A DNA stretch of 64,000 nucleotides from Lachnospiraceae bacterium (GTDB taxonomy: Bacteria > Bacillota > Clostridia > Lachnospirales > Lachnospiraceae), in NCBI GenBank assembly GCA_017962105.1, contig JAGCVY010000052.1:983-64982 (forward strand), in the 5' to 3' direction. The stretch's first letter is position 1. Every line of letters starts with the position of its first letter. The notes under the pieces were generated by a model. The model saw only the letters and a program-made list of their open reading frames with translations, was not told the DNA's origin and ran no database searches. Position numbers and translations under genes: made by a program. Shown here one piece after another: positions 45,531 through 55,381 of this stretch.

Positions 45531-47777
45531 ATGGATAACGAACGCAACGATACCATACAAATTGATTTTGCGGAAGAGATGCGGACCGCCTTCCGCGACT
45601 ATGCGGTGAGCGTTATCATCGCCCGCGCCCTGCCGGATGTCCGGGACGGCTTAAAACCCGTGCAGCGCCGAATTCTCTATGCGATGAACGAGCTGGGGCT
45701 CGACCCGAAGAAGCCGCATCGTAAGAGTGCCCGTATCGTCGGTGATACGATGGGTAAATACCATCCCCACGGCGACACCTCCATCTATGACGCTCTGGTG
45801 CACATGACCGAGGACTACTCTCTCGCCATCCCCCTTGTGGACGGCCACGGCAACTTCGGTTCCATCGACGGCGACGGCGCCGCTGCCATGCGATACACGG
45901 AGGCCCGTCTCTCGGAAGGCGCCATGACGATGCTCGAGCATCTCGACAAGGGTCTCGTGGAGTTCATTCCGAACTTTGACGAGAGTGAGAAGGAGCCGAC
46001 GGTTCTCCCGGCGATGCTGCCGAACCTCCTGATCAACGGTACAACCGGTATCGCTGTCGGTATGGCCACGAACATTCCGCCGCACAATCCCGTGGAGGTC
46101 ATCGATGCGGCCATCGCGGTGATGCACGACCCTACCGTCTCAACGGAAGAGCTGATGCAGCTCCTTCCGGGTCCTGATTTTCCGACCGGCGGAACGATCG
46201 TCAACGGCGATGAGCTCCTCTCCCTCTACGAGACCGGCGAGGGCAAGATCCGCGTCCGTGCGAAGGCACAGGTGGAGGGCGGTGACAACGGCAAGAGGAA
46301 CATCGTCATCACCGAGATTCCCTACACGGTAGCCGGCACAAAGCAGAAGCTTGTGGAAGCTTTGGTGGACGCCTACCGCAACAAGACCTTCGACGAGATG
46401 GCCGACGTCCGCGACGAATCCTCCAAGGAGGGAATCCGCATTGTCATCGAGGTCAAGAAGGACCGCGACGTGGAAAATCTCCTGAACGGTCTGTACAAAA
46501 AGACCCCGCTGGAGGACACATTTTCCGCATACTTCCTCGCCGTCAAGGACAACCAGCCGCGTCAGTTCGGTCTGCGCGCGATGCTGCAGGAATTCATCGA
46601 TTTCCAGGAAGAGCTCTACACAAAGGAATACAAATATCTCCTCGACAAGGCGGAGAAACGTCTCGAGATCGTCTCCGGTCTCATGCGCGCCGTGGATGTG
46701 ATCGACTTCATCATCGAGGTCATCCGCGGGTCCTCCACCGTGCGGCAAGTTAAGGACTGCCTGACCACCGGCAATGTCGCTGACATCAAGTTCAAGACCG
46801 AGGAGGCTAAGAAGGCCGCGGTAACATTTGACTTCACCGAGGCGCAGGCTGATGCCATCCTTGCGATGCAGATGCAGAAGCTCGTCGGGCTGGAGATTCT
46901 CAAGCTCACCGATGAGCACAACGATCTGAACAAAAAGATCAAGCTGTACAACAAGATCCTCGGCAAGCGCTCAGAACTCTACAAGGTGATCGAACAGCAG
47001 CTTCTTGAGTTCCGCGTAAAATTCAACGTGCCGCGCAAGACCGTGATCACCAACTCCGTCGCCAAGGACTACGTCGTCGAGGAAAAGATCGAGGACCTCA
47101 TGATCCTAATGGACCGCTTCGGCTACACCAAGGCCGTGGATGTCACCGCCTACCAGAAGGCCGGTGAGGATGTCCGCGGTGAGTTTACGCAGGTGGTGCG
47201 CATCCAGTCCAACGACCGTCAGTGCATCTTCACGGCGGAGGGTAACATGTACCAGCTCAAGGTCGCTTCCATCCCGCGCTGTCGTATCAAAGAAAAAGGC
47301 ACCCTCCTGCAGGTGCTCACAAAGATCGATCAGGAGACGCCGATCCTGCTGGTACCGGCGGAGGAGCTCGACAACTCCATGCTTCTCTTCCTCACCAAGC
47401 ACGGCTGGATCAAGTGTGTCTCCGGCTCCGAGTTCTACACCAACCGCGCGGTCATCGCTTCCACGAAGCTGGAGGACGGGGATGTTCTGGTGGGCCTCAC
47501 GGCGCTCTCGAGTTCCGAATTCGGATCCGGCAAGCAGAAGGTCATCGTTCTCACTGAGCGAAAGCTCTCCCTCGGCTTCCCGCTCGAGCAGGTCAACGTG
47601 CTCGGCAAGACCGCCAAGGGTGTTCGCGCTATCACGCTTGACAAGAAGGACTCCGTGATCTACGGCACCTCCTTCGACATCAACACCGAGGAGTTCACCT
47701 ACAAAGGAAAGACCTACAATGCGAAGAAGATCCGAAACCGCGCAAGAGGCGCCAAGGGTCAGAACGCCACACTGTGA
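45531..47777 (+). CDS. Type IIA topoisomerase subunit A (ParC/GyrA family; no GyrA box seen)
   Basis: 748 aa. Motifs are [22 protein letters not shown] and [10 protein letters not shown] (catalytic Tyr). The C-terminal domain is short, and I found no Q(R/K)RGG(R/K)G motif. This favours a topo IV-like enzyme, but that is an inference. Confidence 0.85.
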   Translation: MDNERNDTIQIDFAEEMRTAFRDYAVSVIIARALPDVRDGLKPVQRRILYAMNELGLDPKKPHRKSARIVGDTMGKYHPHGDTSIYDALVHMTEDYSLAIPLVDGHGNFGSIDGDGAAAMRYTEARLSEGAMTMLEHLDKGLVEFIPNFDESEKEPTVLPAMLPNLLINGTTGIAVGMATNIPPHNPVEVIDAAIAVMHDPTVSTEELMQLLPGPDFPTGGTIVNGDELLSLYETGEGKIRVRAKAQVEGGDNGKRNIVITEIPYTVAGTKQKLVEALVDAYRNKTFDEMADVRDESSKEGIRIVIEVKKDRDVENLLNGLYKKTPLEDTFSAYFLAVKDNQPRQFGLRAMLQEFIDFQEELYTKEYKYLLDKAEKRLEIVSGLMRAVDVIDFIIEVIRGSSTVRQVKDCLTTGNVADIKFKTEEAKKAAVTFDFTEAQADAILAMQMQKLVGLEILKLTDEHNDLNKKIKLYNKILGKRSELYKVIEQQLLEFRVKFNVPRKTVITNSVAKDYVVEEKIEDLMILMDRFGYTKAVDVTAYQKAGEDVRGEFTQVVRIQSNDRQCIFTAEGNMYQLKVASIPRCRIKEKGTLLQVLTKIDQETPILLVPAEELDNSMLLFLTKHGWIKCVSGSEFYTNRAVIASTKLEDGDVLVGLTALSSSEFGSGKQKVIVLTERKLSLGFPLEQVNVLGKTAKGVRAITLDKKDSVIYGTSFDINTEEFTYKGKTYNAKKIRNRARGAKGQNATL

Positions 47778-47835
47778 TCCGGGAGCAGACCTTCTACGGC
47801 AGTAGTACCGTGTAATTGTAAGCTTTCAAGGATAC

Positions 47836-48140
47836 AACACCGACAGGCATCGGAATCAGCAAGCAGCTACTTTCCGATGCCTTTTTGACCCTTAAAAACC
47901 GTTGGCTTGCATCGGAAATTGAAAGAAGCATCTTTCCGATGTCTTTTTATCGCAAAAAGGCCGTAGGCTTGCATCGAAAATTGAGAAGAACCTCTTTTCG
48001 ATGTCTTTTTGACCCCAAAAAGCCATCGACGAGCATCGGAATCGACAAAACAGTATCGTTCCGATGCCTATTTGACCCAAAAGAACCATCGACGAGCATC
48101 GGAATTGGCAAAAAAGCACCTTTCCGATGCCTTTTGTCCT
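47836..48140 (+). repeat. Tandem array of five 62-nt hairpin units
   Basis: The left arms GCATCGGAA begin at 47847, 47909, 47971, 48033 and 48096 (period 62, 62, 62, 63). Each pairs with TTCCGATGC across a 14-17 nt A-rich loop and is followed by C(T)TTTTGACCC-type T tracts. Confidence 0.85.
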
Positions 48141-48150
48141 TAAATAACAA

Positions 48151-48191
48151 GGGGCTGACGTCAGCGAGATACTCGCTTAGGCGTCAGCCCC
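48151..48191 (-). terminator. Intrinsic terminator of sigA
   Basis: GGGGCTGACG ... CGTCAGCCCC stem with an inner stem GCGAG/CTCGC, followed on the minus strand by TTGTTATTT. Confidence 0.7.
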
Positions 48192-48241
48192 ATTTCTGTC
48201 ACATCACTATCTCATATCATGTTTCCGATCTTTGTTTCGGC

Positions 48242-49444
48242 TCAGATATCGTATCCCTTTAACAGCTTTGCACGGCTCGGATGGCGGAGCTTCCGAAGCG
48301 CCTTCGCCTCAATCTGGCGGATACGCTCACGGGTTACGTTGAACTCCTTGCCGACCTCCTCGAGAGTGCGCTGACGGCCGTCGATCAGACCGAAACGGAG
48401 TTTGAGGACTCTGCGCTCACGCTCCGTGAGGGTGTTGAGAAGCTTCTCAATTTGCTCCTGAAGCATCATGTAGGAGGTTGCCTCCTCCGGTCCCGGAGTC
48501 TGCTCGTCCTTGATGAAGTCGCCCAGATGGCTGTCATCCTCCTCGCCGATCGGCGTATCCATGGAAATCGGATCCGCACTGATCTTGAGAACCTCACGAA
48601 CCTTCTCGACAGGCATGTTCAGAGCCGCTGCCAGCTCATTTTCCGTAGGTTCACGGCCGAGCTCCTGCAGGAGCGTACGGCTCACGCGGTAGGTCTTGTT
48701 GATAACCTCGGACATATGCACCGGGATACGGATGGTACGGGACTGATCCGCGATGGAACGCGTGATCGCCTGACGGATCCACCAGGTTGCATAGGTCGAA
48801 AACTTGTATCCCTTTGTGTAATCAAACTTGTCGACGGCCTTGATCAGACCGAGGTTTCCTTCCTGAATGAGATCGAGGAAGGAAAGGCCGCGTCCGACAT
48901 AGCGCTTGGCGATGCTGACAACCAGACGGAGGTTCGCCTCTGTAAGCTTTCTCTTAGCCTCCTTGTCGCCGTCGAGGATCTTCGTTGCAAGCTCGATCTC
49001 CTCGTCGACGCTCAAAAGAGCGAATCCGCCGATCTCGCGAAGATACTGCTTGACCGGGTCATCCGACATCGCGTTGGCAATGCTGTTCAATTCATCGTTG
49101 TCCGCCGGGAGGACTTCCTCGTCCTCATCGATCATGATATCGTCGTCAAATCCTCCGATGTCATCCATCGTTCCGATTCCGGCCTCCAGTTTGCGGAGAG
49201 CCTGATCGTTCGGGTCCTCGTCCGCGATATCCCGGTCGGCGTCCGGGTCCTCATCCAATTTCAAAAGCACGCTGATCCCGCGTCCTTCCAGATAATCATA
49301 CACTCGCTCCAGCTGATCGTCCGTCTTGCAGAAATCCTTCATGACATCGCCGATATACTCGGCCTCGATACTGCTGCCATGATCATACCCGTACTGGGTC
49401 AATTCCTCCAAACGGCTCTCAAATGTCGCAATCTGTTCACTCAT
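48242..49444 (-). CDS. sigA: Primary RNA polymerase sigma factor (sigma-70/SigA)
   Basis: 400 aa with an acidic region 1. Other motifs are [49 protein letters not shown] and region 4 [28 protein letters not shown]. Confidence 0.95.
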   Translation of the reverse strand: MSEQIATFESRLEELTQYGYDHGSSIEAEYIGDVMKDFCKTDDQLERVYDYLEGRGISVLLKLDEDPDADRDIADEDPNDQALRKLEAGIGTMDDIGGFDDDIMIDEDEEVLPADNDELNSIANAMSDDPVKQYLREIGGFALLSVDEEIELATKILDGDKEAKRKLTEANLRLVVSIAKRYVGRGLSFLDLIQEGNLGLIKAVDKFDYTKGYKFSTYATWWIRQAITRSIADQSRTIRIPVHMSEVINKTYRVSRTLLQELGREPTENELAAALNMPVEKVREVLKISADPISMDTPIGEEDDSHLGDFIKDEQTPGPEEATSYMMLQEQIEKLLNTLTERERRVLKLRFGLIDGRQRTLEEVGKEFNVTRERIRQIEAKALRKLRHPSRAKLLKGYDI

Positions 49445-49469
49445 ATAGGCACTGTTCCTCCGGAAAATA

Positions 49470-49910
49470 TTACTGCGTTTCCCTGCCGGTTTCTGCGGCA
49501 GACTCCAATCTCTTCATGGTGCGGAAGCAATACTCCATGATATCGCTTCGCTTGACGATGCCGATGAAGATATCGTTGTCGTCGGTGACCGGCACAAAGT
49601 TTTGCGTCATCGCAACGCGGAGAAGGCTCTCCACCTCTGCGTTTACATTGACCGCGGTGTTATGCAGACGTCGGGGTATCCTCGTGATCGGGATCCGCTC
49701 CGCGTCGTGCATATTCATGTCCGCCACGTTCTTGATCCCCCAGAGAAGGTCTCCCTCCGTGATGGTTCCGACATAACGACCGTTGCGATCCAGCATCGGG
49801 ATTGCCGAATACCGGTGGAACTCCATTTTTTCCAAAACCTGACGAAGGCTGTATTCGTTTGTAACGTACGCAACCTCGCTCTTCGGCGTCAAGAAAAACA
49901 AGATGTTCAA
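49470..49910 (-). CDS. CBS-pair domain protein
   Basis: I prefer TTG 49910 ([16 protein letters not shown]...), which lies 8 nt after AAAGGTGG. The predicted promoter at 49955-49984 would exclude the track start (50045) and ATG 49964. CBS-like motifs include [20 protein letters not shown] and [20 protein letters not shown]. Confidence 0.7.
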   Translation of the reverse strand: MNILFFLTPKSEVAYVTNEYSLRQVLEKMEFHRYSAIPMLDRNGRYVGTITEGDLLWGIKNVADMNMHDAERIPITRIPRRLHNTAVNVNAEVESLLRVAMTQNFVPVTDDNDIFIGIVKRSDIMEYCFRTMKRLESAAETGRETQ

Positions 49911-49954
49911 ATCACTAACCACCTTTCCTGCTGACTTTAGGCGCACACCGCGTA

Positions 49955-49984
49955 AGTATAGCATTTTCCTCTTGCCTGTGTCAA
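49955..49984 (-). promoter_or_regulatory. Sigma-A-type promoter upstream of the CBS-sigA pair
   Basis: The minus strand reads TTGACA (49984-49979), an 18-nt spacer, then TATACT (49960-49955). Confidence 0.55.
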
Positions 49985-50005
49985 CCACAAAAACCAACCA
50001 AAATA

Positions 50006-52798
50006 TTAATACCAATCGTCGTCTTCGTTGTAATACTGATACCATTCCTGATCGGACAGATACCGGTAGCCGAAGGCGTAATTTTCCGTCACGTTGTGTC
50101 CGCTCTCGTCCAGAACCTCGGCGAAAACGCCGCGGTTGCCGACCGTACCGATCTGCATGGCAAAGCCGTGGTCCCAGCTCTCATCATTCTCCAGGAACAC
50201 GTGAAGCTCGTGGCCGTTCACCAAGGAACCGGAGATGATCCTCCATCGAAGGGAGTTTGTATCGTGGATGGAATCAGCATACAGAAGAAGGCTGAGGTTC
50301 CGCTGTGTGATGTTGAGTTCCGGGCAGGATACGGCCAGAACGTATTCGTAGGAAACATCCGCGCCGGAGCTGTCAACCACTCTGACATCAACTTCATCAA
50401 ACGTATACAGTCCGGCGTCCACATACTGGGAATCCGGTCCGAGAACATAGGGATCTCCTTCGATCCGGTCACCGTCGCGAAGGAGGCCGGACAGAAGATG
50501 CCAATCCATCGTAATCTCACCGGGAACATTGCCGTCGTACTCCTTACTCACGGAGTCAAAGGCGATATTCAGGATGCGATACTCGTTAGGGTCAAAATCA
50601 ATGATATCGCCGCCGGAAATCGTACCGCTGGAAAGCGATCCGTCAGGTCCGCCGGTAACCTCCACCGGCACCCAGCCCGTACCGTCGATATACACTTCCA
50701 CCCACGCATGTCCGCAGTTGGTGGTAACCGTTGTCCAGCGTCCCGCCTGACCGGACTGAGTGAATCCCAGAACAAATCTTGCGGGGATCCCGTATGCGCG
50801 GTACATCATGGTTGCGGCGCTGGCATAATGCTGACAGATTCCTCTTTTGCTCACTGTCAGGAAATACAGCACCATGTCCTCCCCTTCCGGGAAATCGTCA
50901 AAGGCAAGGTCATACGATGCCGCACCCTGGATATAGCGGGCAATCTGCTCGATCATATCGTATACCGAGCCGCCCTCATAGATGCCGTTGTCCTCTCCGA
51001 GACTGCGCAGTGCCGAGGAAAGTTCCGGATCAATCTCAAGATAGGTCTCATAGACGAACCGGCTGTATTCTCTCTCCCTCTCGTCATAGCAGACAGGAAG
51101 GACCATCCAACCGCTGTAGGGATTCACATAGGTCTCACAGGTGTAATCCCGCAGGCCGGTATCCGAGATGATCGGATCTCTGGTCATATAATACGGATAC
51201 ACCTTGTGGTCAAGCTTCAGATCGCGGATGCTCACGCTGTCCCGAAGCCCGTCGGATTCCAGAAGGGCTTCTCCGGTGAGATAGTTGTTCCAGGGCTGGT
51301 ACGCATCCTCTCCTTCGGTCTTATACCAGGTACTGCCGTCATATACGCCGTACGTCCATTCGCGGAAATAATATCTGCGGTTGCTCAATCCAAAGAAGGA
51401 AAATACCTTCGCGGGATTAAAGCTGGTCATGCCGAAGTCAAAGCTGCCATCCATCTCTCTTGCACCGGATCGGGAGATGGAGAACTGGCCCTCCTGAGCA
51501 GATTCGATATCTCCTTCTTCGCCGCCGCTTCCGCCCATGCCGCCCATGCCGCCACCGCCGCCTCCGCCCTTGGGAGCGTACACACGAAGCGTTCCTTTTT
51601 TCTCGGTGACGTCATAGTATTCCGAAACATCCCCGTAGGTATCGCTGATGATCCGGATCTCGTCGAAATAGTTGGGGCTCTTTCCGACTTCGGTCTGCGA
51701 ACCGATGCAGTCGGTGTCAAGATGATCTCCCGGAGCAAGACCTTCCCCTCCCACAGAAAACTGAGCATTGGTGAGCGGTGTTCCGTCATACTCCTTGCTG
51801 GCGGAACCGCTGGTGAGAGTTATCTTCCGGTTTCTGACCGTCAGCTCTCCCTCTTCGTAGGAGATCACATACTGGTAAGTAACGTCTTTGCCGTCTTCAT
51901 CAAAGATACACTGATCTTTTTGGATCACTTCATTGATCGCATAATGACTGTCGACCGCTACCTTTCTGGTGTGGAATTCCGCATGATGACCGTTCTTCAG
52001 TTTACCGGAGATATCGCAATGATCGTATTCCTCCGGCTCCTTCGGAACCCCGTCGTACACATAGGTCTTGCTTCCGGCGCGAACCGTTAAATAAACTCGC
52101 TCGTCCGTGATCTTCCCGGTTGGATTCGGGATTGTGTAGCAGTCCGACGCATCGGTGCCGTCCTTGTGAACGATAAAATCCGATGCATTAACGCCCAGCC
52201 GGTACTGTCTGTCATCCTTGTTCTTCCCGTAGGAATAGATGACCTCGCAGTTCCCGAGACGGTCTCCGTAGACAAGCCCTTCCACAGAGTAATCCTTCTC
52301 CGTAACCGTAACGCTCTCGGGATCTCCCATCACGGAGATGTTCGAGAGACGGATCGTCAGCTTCTTCGGCTTGATCTGGAACCGGACACTGTCGCTATCC
52401 CGCTCGACTCCGAGGAACGAGACGGAATGCGCGCGCACTTCGTAGGTTCCCGGTCTGATTGGAACGGTCTCGCTCCAATCCGAATACTCTTCTTTTTGGG
52501 ATTTCTTTTTCTTCTTCCCGTCTTCATAGTCCTCATAGTCATCATCGTCCTTATCGGAGACGGTGATCACCTCACGGTACTCATAGACGGTGGAACCGAT
52601 GGCGGAAATTCCCGACGAAGGCTTCGGCAGTTCGCCGTAGGTCACGGACTCGCAGGTCAGATCGCGATACCGGAACCCCACGCCGAAGCAGAACAAAAAC
52701 GCGGGAATCAGCACGGCGAGTGCGATCAGGCAGCCCTTCTTCACTCTCCGCAGGATACGCGCCAAACGTTCCATCGATTTTTCGTATTCCTCGTACAT
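50006..52798 (-). CDS. Membrane-anchored multi-repeat protein with transglutaminase-like (papain-fold) core
   Basis: ATG 52798 (MYEEYEKSMERLARILRRVKKG, then TM CLIALAVLIPAFLFCFGVGF) has an AGGAGG RBS. It carries YDG-type repeats (KTYVYDGVP, SKEYDGTPL, SKEYDGNVP) and a Gly-rich linker (KGGGGGGGMGGMGGSGGEEG). The TGase core reads KRGICQHYASAATMMYRAYGIPARFVLGF ... CGHAWVEVYIDGTGWVPVEVT. Confidence 0.85.
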   Translation of the reverse strand: MYEEYEKSMERLARILRRVKKGCLIALAVLIPAFLFCFGVGFRYRDLTCESVTYGELPKPSSGISAIGSTVYEYREVITVSDKDDDDYEDYEDGKKKKKSQKEEYSDWSETVPIRPGTYEVRAHSVSFLGVERDSDSVRFQIKPKKLTIRLSNISVMGDPESVTVTEKDYSVEGLVYGDRLGNCEVIYSYGKNKDDRQYRLGVNASDFIVHKDGTDASDCYTIPNPTGKITDERVYLTVRAGSKTYVYDGVPKEPEEYDHCDISGKLKNGHHAEFHTRKVAVDSHYAINEVIQKDQCIFDEDGKDVTYQYVISYEEGELTVRNRKITLTSGSASKEYDGTPLTNAQFSVGGEGLAPGDHLDTDCIGSQTEVGKSPNYFDEIRIISDTYGDVSEYYDVTEKKGTLRVYAPKGGGGGGGMGGMGGSGGEEGDIESAQEGQFSISRSGAREMDGSFDFGMTSFNPAKVFSFFGLSNRRYYFREWTYGVYDGSTWYKTEGEDAYQPWNNYLTGEALLESDGLRDSVSIRDLKLDHKVYPYYMTRDPIISDTGLRDYTCETYVNPYSGWMVLPVCYDEREREYSRFVYETYLEIDPELSSALRSLGEDNGIYEGGSVYDMIEQIARYIQGAASYDLAFDDFPEGEDMVLYFLTVSKRGICQHYASAATMMYRAYGIPARFVLGFTQSGQAGRWTTVTTNCGHAWVEVYIDGTGWVPVEVTGGPDGSLSSGTISGGDIIDFDPNEYRILNIAFDSVSKEYDGNVPGEITMDWHLLSGLLRDGDRIEGDPYVLGPDSQYVDAGLYTFDEVDVRVVDSSGADVSYEYVLAVSCPELNITQRNLSLLLYADSIHDTNSLRWRIISGSLVNGHELHVFLENDESWDHGFAMQIGTVGNRGVFAEVLDESGHNVTENYAFGYRYLSDQEWYQYYNEDDDWY

Positions 52799-52855
52799 TA
52801 CGTACCTCCTGTAGTTCTTCCCCACTCCACTCAATTACATTACACGACGCTTTGT

Positions 52856-53989
52856 TTATTCCGTAAGGGTCAGTTTTCCGTGCTGGCTGATCAGCCGGTA
52901 ACAATCGGAGACATCCCCGAGGATCGGATTCCAAACGGAATAGGAGTAAACCTGATTCTCATAGAATCCGGGCTGCCAGAACGAATGCAGCTGCTGCGTT
53001 GTCACGATCTTTAACTGCTCTCCGTCCAGAAGCTCCCCGTCCACCAGATGCCAGTCGCCGGGGATAGACGTATCGTAATACGGCCGGGTGACATCATCCG
53101 TTATGACCACAAGCGATCTCGGCGTGATCGTCAGCGTCCCCGTTGCATACTCGATCTCGTAGAACTCCGTGACATCCATACCGCGGGCATCGGTGATCTG
53201 TGCCTGCACGACGTTGTTGCAGATACCCACCACGGTGATGCTTCCCACCGCCTTCATCTGGATCTTATGGTCGGCTTGTACGCTTCCCTCCCGGATGCTG
53301 TAATCGGGATTGGACAGCGGTACGCCGTCATACTCCTTGCTGGCGGAACCGGATTCGATCACAAGCCTGCCGTAGCTGATGATGATCTCACCCAGATCGT
53401 AGTTGACCTCGTAATTCTCCGTCACATCCTCACCGTCGCTGTTGGTGATCCGGACGCGGAAGGAGTTCTTATATTTTCCCGCATCCGTGGGCTCCGCGAA
53501 ATCATACCCTTCCCAGGTTTCCCCGCTGGCAAGCCAGCCCGAGGCCAGCATAGCATAGGGGAAGGGATGTGCGTTCCCGTCATACACGGCGCGGTTGGAC
53601 TCGCTCCGGAAGGTAAGCTTGCGGCGAAACACCTCAAGCTTTCCGAAGTGCGTCTCAATGTCGTACTGATCCGTCACATCGGCACCCGAGGAGATGTCGC
53701 GGATCACGATCCTGGCGTAATTCTCGCTCGAGCCCACGTCGGTCTGCTCGCCGAGGACCTCCACCTCCAGCTCGTGCTCGTCCGACAGCTTTCCGGACAC
53801 CAGGCTCCACTTCTTGCTGCGGAGTACTCTTCCGTCAAATGTTTTCGACGACGAGGCGGTCTGGATCACCAGCGGAGTCTTCCGGTACCGGAAGCTTCCG
53901 GAGGCAATGAGTACGGACATCAGGATCAGGATTCCCGCCAGCACGACGCCGCCGATTCCGAATAAATAAACTGATAAATTCTTCTTCAT
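52856..53989 (-). CDS. Membrane-anchored YDG/MBG-like repeat protein
   Basis: I prefer ATG 53989 (MKKNLSVYLFGIGGVVLAGILILMSVLIASG) with AAGGTG 9 nt upstream; the track start GTG 54001 lies inside that RBS. About 4 modules follow the pattern K.(F/Y)DG ... G.L ... VG ... DVT..Y.(I/V)....G.L.(V/I), similar to those in the transglutaminase protein. Confidence 0.75.
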   Translation of the reverse strand: MKKNLSVYLFGIGGVVLAGILILMSVLIASGSFRYRKTPLVIQTASSSKTFDGRVLRSKKWSLVSGKLSDEHELEVEVLGEQTDVGSSENYARIVIRDISSGADVTDQYDIETHFGKLEVFRRKLTFRSESNRAVYDGNAHPFPYAMLASGWLASGETWEGYDFAEPTDAGKYKNSFRVRITNSDGEDVTENYEVNYDLGEIIISYGRLVIESGSASKEYDGVPLSNPDYSIREGSVQADHKIQMKAVGSITVVGICNNVVQAQITDARGMDVTEFYEIEYATGTLTITPRSLVVITDDVTRPYYDTSIPGDWHLVDGELLDGEQLKIVTTQQLHSFWQPGFYENQVYSYSVWNPILGDVSDCYRLISQHGKLTLTE

Positions 53990-54004
53990 CTTTTCATACA
54001 CCTT

Positions 54005-55378
54005 CTACGACACGGATTGACACAGATAGTGCAGGTAGCTGCGGCACAACGGCATAGCGTCCGGTCCGAACAGCTCGGACAGCTTCAGGGTGAGTCCTTT
54101 TCCTGCCTTCGCGATGACTACGGGGTTCTGGCCTTCGAGTTTCCGAAGAACCTTTTTCACCAGGAAATCATCGAGAGCATCCTCCTCAGTACCTCCGCAG
54201 GCGATGTACACGGAGACGTACTCCTCCATCTGCTTGCGGATCCGGTTACCGTAGGTGATATGGTAGTTGTCCATGAGATACCGGTCGATCTCTCCGACCT
54301 TGCGGCGGTTTCTGGAAGTCATCGTGTAGGACTTCTTCGCCCAGTCGACGGTGGTGCAGAATCCGGTGTACGACAGGCGCATACCGGCTGCCGACCTCGC
54401 GTAGAAGGGCTTTGCCTTCCGGTCAAGGTTCATGACCATCGCACGGTCATACACCTTATCGGAGATGGCAAATGTCGAATCGTCGTTGTTGGCCGTGCCG
54501 ATGAACCAGACGTTGACGGGGATCCGGAACCGTCCGTTCTCAAACAACTCGGGATCCTTCTCCCAACTGTCCGATGTCATCTCAAGGCACCGGTCCGCGG
54601 GATTCAGCTCCATCAGCGAGAGGAAATCCGCGAAGAAATACTCGACGCGCGCGATGTTCATCTCATCGAGAACGATGATGCAGATATCATCGGAATACCG
54701 CGCCTCGTACAGTCTCTTTAACAGGGCACTCTCGTTGAACTGTTTCGTGAACTCGTTGAAGTATCCGATGACATCCGCGCGCTCCTTCCACATGGGCTGC
54801 ACGGAGATGACCGACGACGGATTCCCGAGAAATGCCCCGAACGCGGTGGCTAACGATGTCTTACCCGTACCGGAGAGACCCTGCATGATCATCAGATGGG
54901 ATACGGAAAATCCTGCGATAAACCGGCGGATGTCGTCCACCTCATAGTACAGTTTCAATTGGGAAGCGGCGTATGCGCGGAAATCCTCGCAGATCTTCAG
55001 CATGGGAACCGCCCCTACCCTCTCGGGTGTGACAGCTGCAGCCGCATCCTGGTCGATGGCCGCCAGCGCACGGAAACGCACACCGTCGGATCCGGTCTTT
55101 TTCTTCCTGCGCTTGCTTCCGATCCAAAGAAAGCCTCTTCCGTGTTTCACGATTACAAGCGTTATGGCGATGATGATAACCGGCAGCAGGATCGCAAGGA
55201 TCACGGTGAAGAACACCGTCTCGCTGCGGAGGAGCATTCCCTCCTGGAAAATGTTCGCCAGATCTCCGTCATCGCTTCCGCAGATTCCGATGAGGATCAG
55301 CACGACACACACGAGTGCGACGGTGCCGAACACCAGAAACCGCCAATACCAGGCGGATTCGTTATGCTTTTCTTCCAT
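54005..55378 (-). CDS. Membrane-anchored McrB-like (AAA_5-type) NTPase, paralog 2
   Basis: 457 aa. It has two N-terminal TM helices (WRFLVFGTVALVCVVLILIGI; VFFTVILAILLPVIIIAITLVIV) followed by KRRKKKTG. Walker A is GLSGTGKTS and Walker B IIVLDEMNIARVEYFFADFLSLME. FIGTANNDDSTFAISDKVYDRA resembles the McrB MNxxDRS region. Confidence 0.75.
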   Translation of the reverse strand: MEEKHNESAWYWRFLVFGTVALVCVVLILIGICGSDDGDLANIFQEGMLLRSETVFFTVILAILLPVIIIAITLVIVKHGRGFLWIGSKRRKKKTGSDGVRFRALAAIDQDAAAAVTPERVGAVPMLKICEDFRAYAASQLKLYYEVDDIRRFIAGFSVSHLMIMQGLSGTGKTSLATAFGAFLGNPSSVISVQPMWKERADVIGYFNEFTKQFNESALLKRLYEARYSDDICIIVLDEMNIARVEYFFADFLSLMELNPADRCLEMTSDSWEKDPELFENGRFRIPVNVWFIGTANNDDSTFAISDKVYDRAMVMNLDRKAKPFYARSAAGMRLSYTGFCTTVDWAKKSYTMTSRNRRKVGEIDRYLMDNYHITYGNRIRKQMEEYVSVYIACGGTEEDALDDFLVKKVLRKLEGQNPVVIAKAGKGLTLKLSELFGPDAMPLCRSYLHYLCQSVS

Positions 55379-55381
55379 GTC

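Noticed and set aside
43581-47777. Labelling the topoisomerase genes gyrB/gyrA.
   Set aside because: The A subunit is short and lacks a recognisable GyrA box, and the pair is not next to dnaA/dnaN/recF. I kept the neutral ParE/ParC-GyrB/GyrA family call.
47836-48140. Whether the regular 62-nt array is a CRISPR array.
   Set aside because: The conserved part is about 45 nt and internally palindromic across the variable part. The variable segments are only 14-17 nt, A-rich and mutually similar, so they are hairpin loops and not spacers. No cas genes or leader are in the window.
47885-48262. ORFs encoding repetitive peptides across the hairpin array (125 aa +, 75 aa -, 67 aa -).
   Set aside because: The periodic peptide is a by-product of translating a tandem DNA repeat. 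None has an RBS, and the + ORF runs through the sigA terminator into the sigA 3' end.
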